The position numbers were made by a program, and so were the translations under genes. A DNA stretch of 24,905 nt from an uncultured Oscillospiraceae bacterium (GTDB lineage Bacteria; Bacillota; Clostridia; Christensenellales; CAG-138), in NCBI GenBank assembly GCA_964636685.1, contig CAZWUK010000029.1, positions 1-24,905 on the forward strand, read 5' to 3'. The notes under the pieces were generated by a model. That model saw nothing but the letters and a program-made list of their open reading frames with translations. It made no database searches and had not been told where the DNA came from. This document shows, one piece after another, positions 1 to 6,864 of the stretch (the stretch's first letter is position 1; each line of letters opens with the position of its first letter).

Positions 1-1
1 C

Positions 2-385
2 AAAGACCCGATCGATACCGTGTTCATGTTCTGGGCGGTCGGCGAGGGTCTGGCGCTCGGGGCAGGCTTTGCGGACGTGGGCCTCATCGGCGCGCTGGTC
101 ATCGGCGTTGTGATGGTTATCATCACCAGCATCAAGGGCGCAAATACGCTGCCCTACCTGCTCATTTTGCACTATGACGACCGCGCGTCGGGACAGATCA
201 AGGCGCTGGTCAAGCAGCTGCCCAAAGCGCATGTCAAGAGCAAGACCGTCCAGCGCGACAGCATCGAGCTGACCGTTGAGCTGCGGGTGCGCGAGTCCGA
301 GACGGACTTTGTGGATAAGTTCTTGCGCGTGCAGGGCGTGTTTGACGCAACGCTCGTTGCGCATCAGGGCGATCTGCTCTCCTAA
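2..385 (+). CDS. DUF4956 domain membrane protein; 5'-partial, continues upstream of window
   Basis: The open frame runs from the window edge to TAA at 383-385. The motif KDPIDTVFMFWAVGEGLALGAGF followed by a hydrophobic helix matches the conserved DUF4956 core. A terminator follows immediately. Confidence 0.55.
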   Translation, partial: KDPIDTVFMFWAVGEGLALGAGFADVGLIGALVIGVVMVIITSIKGANTLPYLLILHYDDRASGQIKALVKQLPKAHVKSKTVQRDSIELTVELRVRESETDFVDKFLRVQGVFDATLVAHQGDLLS

Positions 386-401
386 TCATGGCTTGAACAA
401 A

Positions 402-430
402 CGGCCGCCGGAAAACCGGCGGCTTTTTTG
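402..430 (+). terminator. rho-independent terminator
   Basis: GCCGCCGG (404-411), AAAA loop, CCGGCGGC (416-423), then TTTTTT (424-429). Same hairpin family as the two copies near 2616 and 2838. Confidence 0.8.
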
Positions 431-492
431 CTGCACTGCAATTTCGCGTACCCCAAAATCCGGATTCACACGGATTTCACCGTCTATTCATG

Positions 493-522
493 ATTGCAAA
501 TGTGACAAAATGGTAATATATA
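493..522 (+). promoter_or_regulatory. putative sigma-A-type promoter for the flotillin gene
   Basis: TTGCAA (493-498), then an extended -10-like TGgTAATAT or TATATA about 14-17 nt downstream. A GAGGGGG Shine-Dalgarno sits about 25 nt further, ahead of ATG at 547. Hexamer choice is ambiguous. Confidence 0.35.
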
Positions 523-546
523 TGCAACGAGAGGGGGTAACGAACT

Positions 547-2004
547 ATGACACCAACCATTATCATTCTTGCGGCAATCGCAGCGGTCATCCTGTTTTTG
601 GCGATTTCCTACATTAAAGCCCCGCCGGATACGGCGTATATCATCTCCGGTATGCGCCGCGGCAAGGGCACAGAGCGCGGCGGGCGCGTGGTGGTGGGAC
701 ACGCCACACTGCGCATCCCGTTCTTTGAGAGGGTGGATAAAATCCAGCTCAACCTGATGCAGGTGGACATTAAGACCGATTCTTCCGTACCCACGGCAGA
801 ATACATCAATATCTTCATCGACGGCGTTGCCAACATCAAGGTCGCGTCCGACAACGGCTCCATCCTGCGGGCGGCGGAGAACTTCCTCGGCAGAGGGACG
901 CAGGAGATCGCGGCGGTCGCCCAGCAGGTGCTGGAGGGCAACATGCGTGAGATCGTGGGACAGATGAAGCTGTCCGATCTTGTCCAGAACCGTGACCTGT
1001 TTGCCCAAAAGGTACTGGAAAACGCCGCGGAGGACATGAAGCGCATGGGCCTTGAGATCGTGAATCTCACCGTGCAGAATTTCAACGACAAAAATGGCGT
1101 GATCGAGGATCTGGGCGTAGACAACGTGGCGCGCATCCGCAAGGACGCCGCAATTGCCAAGGCAAACGCCGAAAAGGACATCGCCGTGGCGCAGGCGGAG
1201 GCGCATGAGCTGAGCAACAAGGCCAAGGCGCTGGCAGACATCAACATTTCGCAGCAGAACAAGGATGTTGCCGTGCGCTGCGCCGAGTTCCAAAAGGAAC
1301 AGGATACCATCAAGGCGGAGGCGGACGCGGCATACGCCATTCAGGAACAGCAGCAGCGCCGCAGCATTGAGACGGCGACGGTTGACGCCGACATTGCGCG
1401 CCGCCAGAAGGAAGTCGAGCTGCAGGATCAGGAGATCGCACTGCGCGAGCGTTCGCTGGACGCAGAGATCAAGAAAAAGGCCGACGCCGAAAAGTACGCT
1501 GTCGAGCAGCGGGCGCAGGCGGATAAGTACCGCAGGGAGCAGGAGGCCATCGCCAAGAAGATCGAGCAGGAACAGCAGGCGGAGGCGGACAAGATCGTCG
1601 CGGCGGCAAAACGCTTTGCGGCGGAGGAGGAGGCCAAGGGGATCGAGGCCAAGGGGCGCGCGGAAGCCGACGCCATCCTCGCAAAGGCAGAGGCGATGAA
1701 GGCGATGGGCGAAGCGTCCGTGCTGGAAATGTACCTCAAGGTACTGCCCGAGATCGTCAAGAACGCGGCCGCGCCGCTGACCCAGACCGAGAAGATCGTC
1801 ATGTACGGCGACGGCAACAGCACAAAGCTCCTGCAGGACGTCATGATGGGCGCCAATCAAGTCACCGAGGGGATTTCGCAGGCAACGGGCATCGATCTGA
1901 AGTCGGTGCTGGCAGGCTTTACGGGCGGTGCAGTCGCAAGCGCGGCGGCGAAGGAAAGGAATACCGAGGCGCAAAAGGACGCGCCGGAGAACGGCAAAAA
2001 ATAA
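547..2004 (+). CDS. floT: flotillin (SPFH/Band-7 domain, FloT/YuaG-like), 485 aa
   Basis: N-terminal transmembrane helix, SPFH core (RIPFFERVDKIQLNLMQVDIKT), then a long Glu/Ala/Lys-rich coiled coil and flotillin C-terminus. Shine-Dalgarno is GAGGGGG. Confidence 0.85.
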   Translation: MTPTIIILAAIAAVILFLAISYIKAPPDTAYIISGMRRGKGTERGGRVVVGHATLRIPFFERVDKIQLNLMQVDIKTDSSVPTAEYINIFIDGVANIKVASDNGSILRAAENFLGRGTQEIAAVAQQVLEGNMREIVGQMKLSDLVQNRDLFAQKVLENAAEDMKRMGLEIVNLTVQNFNDKNGVIEDLGVDNVARIRKDAAIAKANAEKDIAVAQAEAHELSNKAKALADINISQQNKDVAVRCAEFQKEQDTIKAEADAAYAIQEQQQRRSIETATVDADIARRQKEVELQDQEIALRERSLDAEIKKKADAEKYAVEQRAQADKYRREQEAIAKKIEQEQQAEADKIVAAAKRFAAEEEAKGIEAKGRAEADAILAKAEAMKAMGEASVLEMYLKVLPEIVKNAAAPLTQTEKIVMYGDGNSTKLLQDVMMGANQVTEGISQATGIDLKSVLAGFTGGAVASAAAKERNTEAQKDAPENGKK

Positions 2005-2133
2005 CCGCTGCGTGACCGCTGCAAGAGGCGCGGCGCGGTTTACACAAATATCCGCCGGCGGATCGGTATATTCTCCGCGATCGTTGGGAATTTTAATCGT
2101 ATCGTTCCAACGGACGCAAAGGAGAGAAACAGC

Positions 2134-2589
2134 ATGACGTTATCAACCAAAGAGGAATTGCTGCTTGCGGATCTGATGGCTGCCGAAAAGCTTTCGATCG
2201 ACAAGTATGCGCGGGGCGCTTCTGAAGCAAAGGCAAGCGCGCTCAAGGATCTGTTCCGGGACATTTGCAGGGTGGAGGAAGCGCATCTCAAAACCCTACA
2301 GACCGTTCTGACGGGCGCCGATTCGCAGGAACCCCTTGAGAGCGCCGCTGCGCCCGAAGCACCGGCGGCGGTCAGCTACGATTGCGAGGAAGACAAAAAG
2401 GCGGACGCCTATCTCTGCAAGGACGCACTCAGCTCAGAAAAGCAGATCTCTGGTATGTATGAGGTGAGCGTATTTGAGTTTGCACAGCCGTCGCTTCGAA
2501 AGCTGCTCAATAAAATTCAAGGAGAAGAACAGGCGCACGGTCAATTTTTCTATGAATATATGACCAAGGCCAATATGACGGCCTGTTGA
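2134..2589 (+). CDS. Coat F domain protein (ferritin-like spore-coat CotF/YraF family), 151 aa
   Basis: Two-repeat helical pattern (ELLLADLMAAEKLSIDKYARGASEA...EEAHLKTL, then QISGMYEVSVFEFAQPSLRKLLNKIQGEEQAHGQFFYEYM) typical of the Coat F fold. Shine-Dalgarno AAAGGAGAG is 7 nt upstream of ATG. Confidence 0.55.
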   Translation: MTLSTKEELLLADLMAAEKLSIDKYARGASEAKASALKDLFRDICRVEEAHLKTLQTVLTGADSQEPLESAAAPEAPAAVSYDCEEDKKADAYLCKDALSSEKQISGMYEVSVFEFAQPSLRKLLNKIQGEEQAHGQFFYEYMTKANMTAC

Positions 2590-2615
2590 GCAGACGACGC
2601 AAACAGGGCAAACCA

Positions 2616-2641
2616 AAGCCGCCGGGAAACCGGCGGCTTTG
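2616..2641. terminator. bidirectional rho-independent terminator (after the Coat-F-like gene)
   Basis: AAAGCCGCCGG-GAAA-CCGGCGGCTTTG: an 8-bp GC stem flanked by A-runs and T-runs. Confidence 0.75.
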
Positions 2642-2644
2642 AGA

Positions 2645-2676
2645 CTGTCGAAAAACCTTTGTTTTTCGACAGGGCA
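2645..2676. repeat. perfect 12-bp inverted repeat (hairpin)
   Basis: CTGTCGAAAAAC-ctttg-GTTTTTCGACAG. A second inverted repeat follows, GCTTCTTGCC (2680-2689) and GGCAAGAAGC (2713-2722), with a nested 6-bp inverted repeat (CAACCA...TGGTTG) between the arms. Confidence 0.7.
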
Positions 2677-2837
2677 ACCGCTTCTTGCCTACAACCATTC
2701 TGGTTGCCGGGCGGCAAGAAGCACAAGGAAACGCCCACTTTGGGGCGATCCGTTGACCCGGCAAAGCCGGATCAGCCGGAAAAACGGAAGGGATCGCGAC
2801 CCCTTAACAACCCCATAATGAACTTTTTTGACAGACT

Positions 2838-2866
2838 GAAAGCCGCCGGGAAACCGGCGGCTTTGC
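2838..2866 (-). terminator. rho-independent terminator for thrS (symmetric, usable from both strands)
   Basis: Identical 26-mer AAGCCGCCGGGAAACCGGCGGCTTTG, 10 nt beyond the thrS stop. Read on the minus strand it is GCCGCCGG-UUUC-CCGGCGGC-UUUCAG. Confidence 0.75.
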
Positions 2867-2875
2867 TTGATTGTG

Positions 2876-4819
2876 TTATGCCCGGGCTTTGGTTGCGATT
2901 TCCTCCAAAAGCTTTGCGCTAAAGTCTAAGAGCGTCATCGTGCCAAGGTCGCCGTCCTTGCGGGAGCGCACGGCAACGAGGTTTTCTTCCACTTCCTTGT
3001 CGCCAACGACCAGCATGTAGGGAACCTTCTGCATCTGCGCTTCGCGGATCTTGAAGCCGATCTTCTCATTGCGAAGGTCGGTTTCCACGCGAATGCCGCG
3101 TGCAAGCAGGTCTTCCTGCAGCTTCAGGCAGGCGTCCGCCGTGCGGTCGGTGATGGGCAGGATGCGCACCTGCTCTGGCGCAAGCCACGTGGGGAGTGCA
3201 CCGGCGTATTTCTCGAGAAGATAGGCAAGCGTGCGCTCATAGCAGCCCAAAGACGTACGGTGGATGATGTAGGGCGTTTTCTTCTTGCCGTCCTGATCGA
3301 CGTATTCCATGCCGAACTGCTTCGCAAGCAGCAGGTCGATCTGGATCGTGACGAGCGTATCCTCTTTGCCGAACACGTTCTTATACTGAATGTCGAGCTT
3401 CGGCCCGTAGAACGCCGCCTCGTCGATGCCGATGGTGTACTTGACGTCAAGATCGTCGAGGATTTTGCCCATGAGCGACTGCGCTTCGTCCCATTGCTCG
3501 GGCGTGCCTTCGTACTTGTTCTTCGGGTTTGCCGGATCCCATTGCGAGAAGCGGAACGTGCAGTCCTCCAACAGACCGACCGTGCCGAGGAAGTAGCGCG
3601 CAAGATCCAGGCACCCGCGGAATTCATCCTCCAGCTGATCGGGACGCAGCACAAGATGTCCCTCGGAGATGGTGAACTGGCGCACACGGATCAAGCCGTG
3701 CATTTCGCCGGAATCCTCATTGCGAAACAGCGTGCTCGTCTCGCCCAGACGCATCGGCAGATCGCGGTAGGAACGCGCGCGGTTGAGATAGACCTGATAC
3801 TGGAACGGGCAGGTCATCGGGCGCATGGCAAAGCATTCTTTGGTTTCGTCGGCAGGATCGCCCAAGACGAACATACCGTCAAGATAGTGATCCCAGTGTC
3901 CGGAGATCTTGTAAAGCTCACGCTTTGCCATCAGCGGCGTCTTGGTCAAAAGATACCCGTGCGACTGTTCGTAGTCCTCAACCCAGCGCTGCAACAGCTG
4001 AATGACGCGCGCGCCCTTGGGCAAAAGGATCGGCAGACCCTGACCGATGACGTCCACCGTGGTGAAGTATTCCAGCTCACGGCCGATCTTGTTGTGGTCG
4101 CGCTTTTTGGCTTCTTCCAGCTGCGTAAGATACGCGTCAAGATCCGCCTTTTTCTCAAACGCCGTGCCGTAGATGCGCTGGAGCATCTTGTTTTTCTCGC
4201 TGCCGCGCCAGTAAGCGCCCGCAAGGCTCATAAGCTTGCAGTTTTTGACCTTGCCAGTCGAAGCAACGTGCGGGCCCGCGCAAAGATCGGTGAAATCACC
4301 CTGCTTGTAGAAGCTGATGATTGCGTCCTCGGGGAGATCGCGGATCAATTCCACCTTGTAGGGCTCGCCCTTTTCCTCCATGTACTGGATGGCGTCCTCG
4401 CGTGGAAGCGCAAACCGCTCAAGCGGCAGGTTTTCGCGCTGGATGTTCTCCATCTCTTTTTCAATCTTTTGCAGATCGGCGGTTTCAAAGGGCTTCGGCG
4501 CGTCAAAATCATAGTAGAAGCCGTTCTCAATGGCAGGCCCGATGGCAAGCTTCACGCCGGGATACAGACGCTTGACCGCCTGCGCGAGAAGATGCGACGC
4601 CGTGTGGCGGTATGCCCAGCGGCCGTTCTCGTCCTCAAAGGTATAGAATTTGATGCTGTGGTCGCCGGAAATAGGCGCAAAGGCGTCGGAGTGCTTGCCG
4701 TCAATGTCGCAGCTCAAGGTGGCTTTTGCAAGGCGGGGGCTGATGGAATTGGCAATGTCCAGTCCCGTCATGCCGTCGGCAAATTCTTTTTTGCTGCCGT
4801 CGGGGAAAGTGATAATCAT
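2876..4819 (-). CDS. thrS: threonine--tRNA ligase (ThrRS), 647 aa
   Basis: TGS and second-additional-domain N-terminal region, class II aaRS core (GQGLPILLPKGARV, FRNEDSGEMHGLIRVRQFT) and C-terminal anticodon-binding domain. Start is taken at ATG 4817-4819 (MIITFPDG), which has GGAGG 9 nt upstream. The listed ORF extends 29 codons further because the frame stays open into the leader. Confidence 0.92.
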   Translation of the reverse strand: MIITFPDGSKKEFADGMTGLDIANSISPRLAKATLSCDIDGKHSDAFAPISGDHSIKFYTFEDENGRWAYRHTASHLLAQAVKRLYPGVKLAIGPAIENGFYYDFDAPKPFETADLQKIEKEMENIQRENLPLERFALPREDAIQYMEEKGEPYKVELIRDLPEDAIISFYKQGDFTDLCAGPHVASTGKVKNCKLMSLAGAYWRGSEKNKMLQRIYGTAFEKKADLDAYLTQLEEAKKRDHNKIGRELEYFTTVDVIGQGLPILLPKGARVIQLLQRWVEDYEQSHGYLLTKTPLMAKRELYKISGHWDHYLDGMFVLGDPADETKECFAMRPMTCPFQYQVYLNRARSYRDLPMRLGETSTLFRNEDSGEMHGLIRVRQFTISEGHLVLRPDQLEDEFRGCLDLARYFLGTVGLLEDCTFRFSQWDPANPKNKYEGTPEQWDEAQSLMGKILDDLDVKYTIGIDEAAFYGPKLDIQYKNVFGKEDTLVTIQIDLLLAKQFGMEYVDQDGKKKTPYIIHRTSLGCYERTLAYLLEKYAGALPTWLAPEQVRILPITDRTADACLKLQEDLLARGIRVETDLRNEKIGFKIREAQMQKVPYMLVVGDKEVEENLVAVRSRKDGDLGTMTLLDFSAKLLEEIATKARA

Positions 4820-4834
4820 GATAAAATCCTCCTC

Positions 4835-5068
4835 AAATAAAAATAAACGCCCCAAAGCTTTCGCTCTGGGACGATAGGCATCTACCGCGGTTCCACCCGT
4901 TTTCACATTCCAATGTGGAATGTGCGCTCAATATCGCTGTAACGGGCGGTACCCGTTCCGGTCGGCGGGCGGTCTTCGCGCCCCGGCCGCCACCGTGCTT
5001 GCACCATACTGCGCGGCTCTCTAGTGCGGCGTTACAAACGCTACTGCTTCCCGTGTCAACCCGAAATA
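4835..5068 (-). promoter_or_regulatory. T-box riboswitch leader of thrS
   Basis: The minus strand reads AAAACGGGUGGAACCGCGGUA (plus strand 4885-4903), matching the T-box consensus AAnnnGGGUGGnACCGCGG. It is followed by a terminator hairpin CCCAGAGC-GAAA-GCUUUGGG plus GCGUUUAUUUUUAUUU (plus strand 4835-4870) just before the Shine-Dalgarno. Upstream Stem-I-like region contains AGAGAG, AGUA and GGUG elements and a candidate GAAGACCG specifier (ACC = Thr). Confidence 0.8.
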
Positions 5069-5075
5069 CAAGGTC

Positions 5076-5104
5076 ATTATAGACGGCAAACGCCCGAATG
5101 TCAA
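5076..5104 (-). promoter_or_regulatory. sigma-A promoter for the thrS leader
   Basis: Minus strand TTGACA - 17 nt - TATAAT, a perfect consensus (plus strand tgtcaa 5099-5104, attata 5076-5081). Confidence 0.8.
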
Positions 5105-5116
5105 TGGGAAAGGCGG

Positions 5117-5145
5117 TTGCCCGCGCATTGCGAAAATGCTATACT
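5117..5145 (+). promoter_or_regulatory. sigma-A promoter for the prmA operon, divergent from thrS
   Basis: TTGCCC (5117-5122), 17 nt spacer, extended -10 TGcTATACT (5137-5145). Confidence 0.6.
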
Positions 5146-5177
5146 GTTTCTATCCATCGGAAGGGAAAAGGAACAGC

Positions 5178-6140
5178 ATGAAGTGGCTTGAGATCACCGT
5201 ATATACGACCGACGCGGGCATTGAACCCGTCTGCGGCGCGCTGGACGCCGCCGGACTGACCGGGCTTTCCATTGAGGAGAGCCGCGAAACCTGCGCCGCG
5301 TTTTTGAAAGAGAGCGCCCTCTATTGGGACTTTGCGGACATGGACAAGATTGGCGCGGATACGCCGTGCGTCAAGGCATATCTTGCAGACCTTGACGAAA
5401 ATTTGCCGACTGTGGAAGCCGCAAAAGCGTCCATCGCGCGGTTAAAGAGCCTGGATCTGGGCTTTGACACGGGCAGCCTTGCCATGACGGTGACAAGCCG
5501 TGACGAAGAGGACTGGGCAAACAACTGGAAAAAGTACTATAAGCCGCTGGAGATCGGCAAAAGGCTTTTGGTGCTGCCCTCTTGGGAGGAAGCGCCAAAG
5601 GGACACGACCGCACGGTCTTGAAGCTCGATCCCGGCATGGCGTTCGGCACGGGTGCGCATCACACGACGCGGATGTGTCTGGAATTTTTGGAGCGCGTGG
5701 TGAAAAAAGGCGACACGGTGCTCGATCTTGGCTGCGGGAGCGGCATTTTGTCCATCGGCGCGCTGCTGCTTGGCGCAAAGGACGCGATGGCGGTGGACAT
5801 CGACCCCATCGCCGAGAAGATCGCCGCAGAGAACGCCGCTATGAACGCGCTGACCATGGAAAACTACCATGTGGACATCGGGAATGTCATCACCGACGCC
5901 GCGCTGCAAGACCGGATTGCGGGGGAATATGACGTGGTGGTCGCCAATATCGTGGCTGACGTGATCTTGCGCATCACGCCCTTTGCAAAGCGCTGCACCA
6001 AAGCGGGCGCGCCGTACATCGTGTCCGGCATCATCGACGAACGCCTGCCTGAGATTTTGGGAAAGCTCAAAGAGACGGGCTATACGGTCGAGCAGGTGTC
6101 CTCCTCGGAGGGCTGGAACGCCATTCTGGCACGGGGCTGA
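5178..6140 (+). CDS. prmA: ribosomal protein L11 methyltransferase PrmA, 320 aa
   Basis: MKWLEITVYT N-terminus, SAM-binding motif VLDLGCGSGILSIGA, and conserved PrmA C-terminal region. Start ATG 5178 with AAAGGAA Shine-Dalgarno. The ORF track's earlier ATG at 5136 lies inside the promoter. Confidence 0.9.
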   Translation: MKWLEITVYTTDAGIEPVCGALDAAGLTGLSIEESRETCAAFLKESALYWDFADMDKIGADTPCVKAYLADLDENLPTVEAAKASIARLKSLDLGFDTGSLAMTVTSRDEEDWANNWKKYYKPLEIGKRLLVLPSWEEAPKGHDRTVLKLDPGMAFGTGAHHTTRMCLEFLERVVKKGDTVLDLGCGSGILSIGALLLGAKDAMAVDIDPIAEKIAAENAAMNALTMENYHVDIGNVITDAALQDRIAGEYDVVVANIVADVILRITPFAKRCTKAGAPYIVSGIIDERLPEILGKLKETGYTVEQVSSSEGWNAILARG

Positions 6141-6141
6141 T

Positions 6142-6864
6142 ATGAGCCGCTTTTTTACCGACGACATACACGGCGGCACCGCCACGATCACCGGCGGGGA
6201 CGTTCACCATATGACGCGTGTGCTGCGCCTTCGGGTGGGCGACACGGTGGAGATCTGTGACGGTGACGGCACGGATTATACTGGCGCGATCCAAAGCATG
6301 GCAGAGGATCGGGTCGTTTGCAGCCTCTTGGACGGGCATCCGTCCCCGACGGAGCCTGTCCACGCGGTCACGCTGTTTCAGGGGCTGCCCAAGACCGGCA
6401 AGATGGAAACCATCGTGCAAAAGTGCGTCGAGCTTGGCGTTGTGTCGATCGTACCCACCATGATGCGGCGGTGCGTTTCCGCGCCGGACGGCAAGGAGCT
6501 GGAGAAAAAGCGCGTTCGCTGGCAAAAGGTCGCCGAGGAGGCGGCAAAGCAATCGCGCCGCGGACGCATTCCGCAAATTTTGCCTGCCGTGACGCTGGAA
6601 AAATTTGACTTTTCGCAGTTTGACACGGTGCTGACGGCTTATGAGCTGGAAAAGGCGAATACGCTCAAAAAAGCACTGCGCACGGGACAGATCGGAGAAA
6701 AGATCGCGCTCGTCATCGGGCCGGAGGGTGGCTTGGAGGCTTCGGAAACGGCGCACATCGTTGCCTGCGGCGGAACGCTTGTGTCGCTTGGGACGCGCAT
6801 TCTTCGCACGGAGACGGCGGGCATGGCGATGCTTGCCCAGATCCTGTACGAGGTAGAGCCATGA
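6142..6864 (+). CDS. rsmE: 16S rRNA (uracil1498-N3)-methyltransferase RsmE, 240 aa
   Basis: RsmE/YqeU family: N-terminal PUA-like domain and SPOUT C-terminal domain (ALVIGPEGGLEASE...GTRILRTETAG). Start ATG 6142 is 1 nt after the prmA stop. Same gene order as B. subtilis yqeT-yqeU. Confidence 0.85.
   Translation: MSRFFTDDIHGGTATITGGDVHHMTRVLRLRVGDTVEICDGDGTDYTGAIQSMAEDRVVCSLLDGHPSPTEPVHAVTLFQGLPKTGKMETIVQKCVELGVVSIVPTMMRRCVSAPDGKELEKKRVRWQKVAEEAAKQSRRGRIPQILPAVTLEKFDFSQFDTVLTAYELEKANTLKKALRTGQIGEKIALVIGPEGGLEASETAHIVACGGTLVSLGTRILRTETAGMAMLAQILYEVEP

Noticed and set aside
1265-1699. 144-aa Arg/Ser-rich ORF in an alternate frame within flotillin.
   Set aside because: It is a frame artefact of the GAG/GCG/AAG repeat-rich coiled-coil coding region. 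It has no Shine-Dalgarno and a compositionally absurd product.
484-1974. 496-aa ORF antisense to the flotillin gene. Similar long antisense or alternate-frame ORFs occur at 3260-4840, 11229-12719, 12765-13772, 14061-15494, 15347-17392, 17562-19067, 20167-21615, 21721-22716 and 22953-24071.
   Set aside because: All lie entirely inside well-supported conserved genes on the opposite strand or in another frame. Their products are Arg/Leu/Ala-rich low-complexity sequences with no start signals, the usual stop-codon-poor antisense frames of a 60% GC genome.
2659-2922. 87-aa ORF spanning the structured intergenic segment.
   Set aside because: It starts on TTG with no Shine-Dalgarno, reads through a terminator hairpin and into the 3' end of thrS on the opposite strand, and has no recognisable domain.
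5136-5177. Upstream ATG extending PrmA by 14 residues (MLYCFYPSEGKRNS).
   Set aside because: The ATG lies inside the predicted -10 region (TGcTATACT) of the operon promoter and has no Shine-Dalgarno. The conserved PrmA N-terminus MKWLEIT begins at 5178, which has a proper Shine-Dalgarno.
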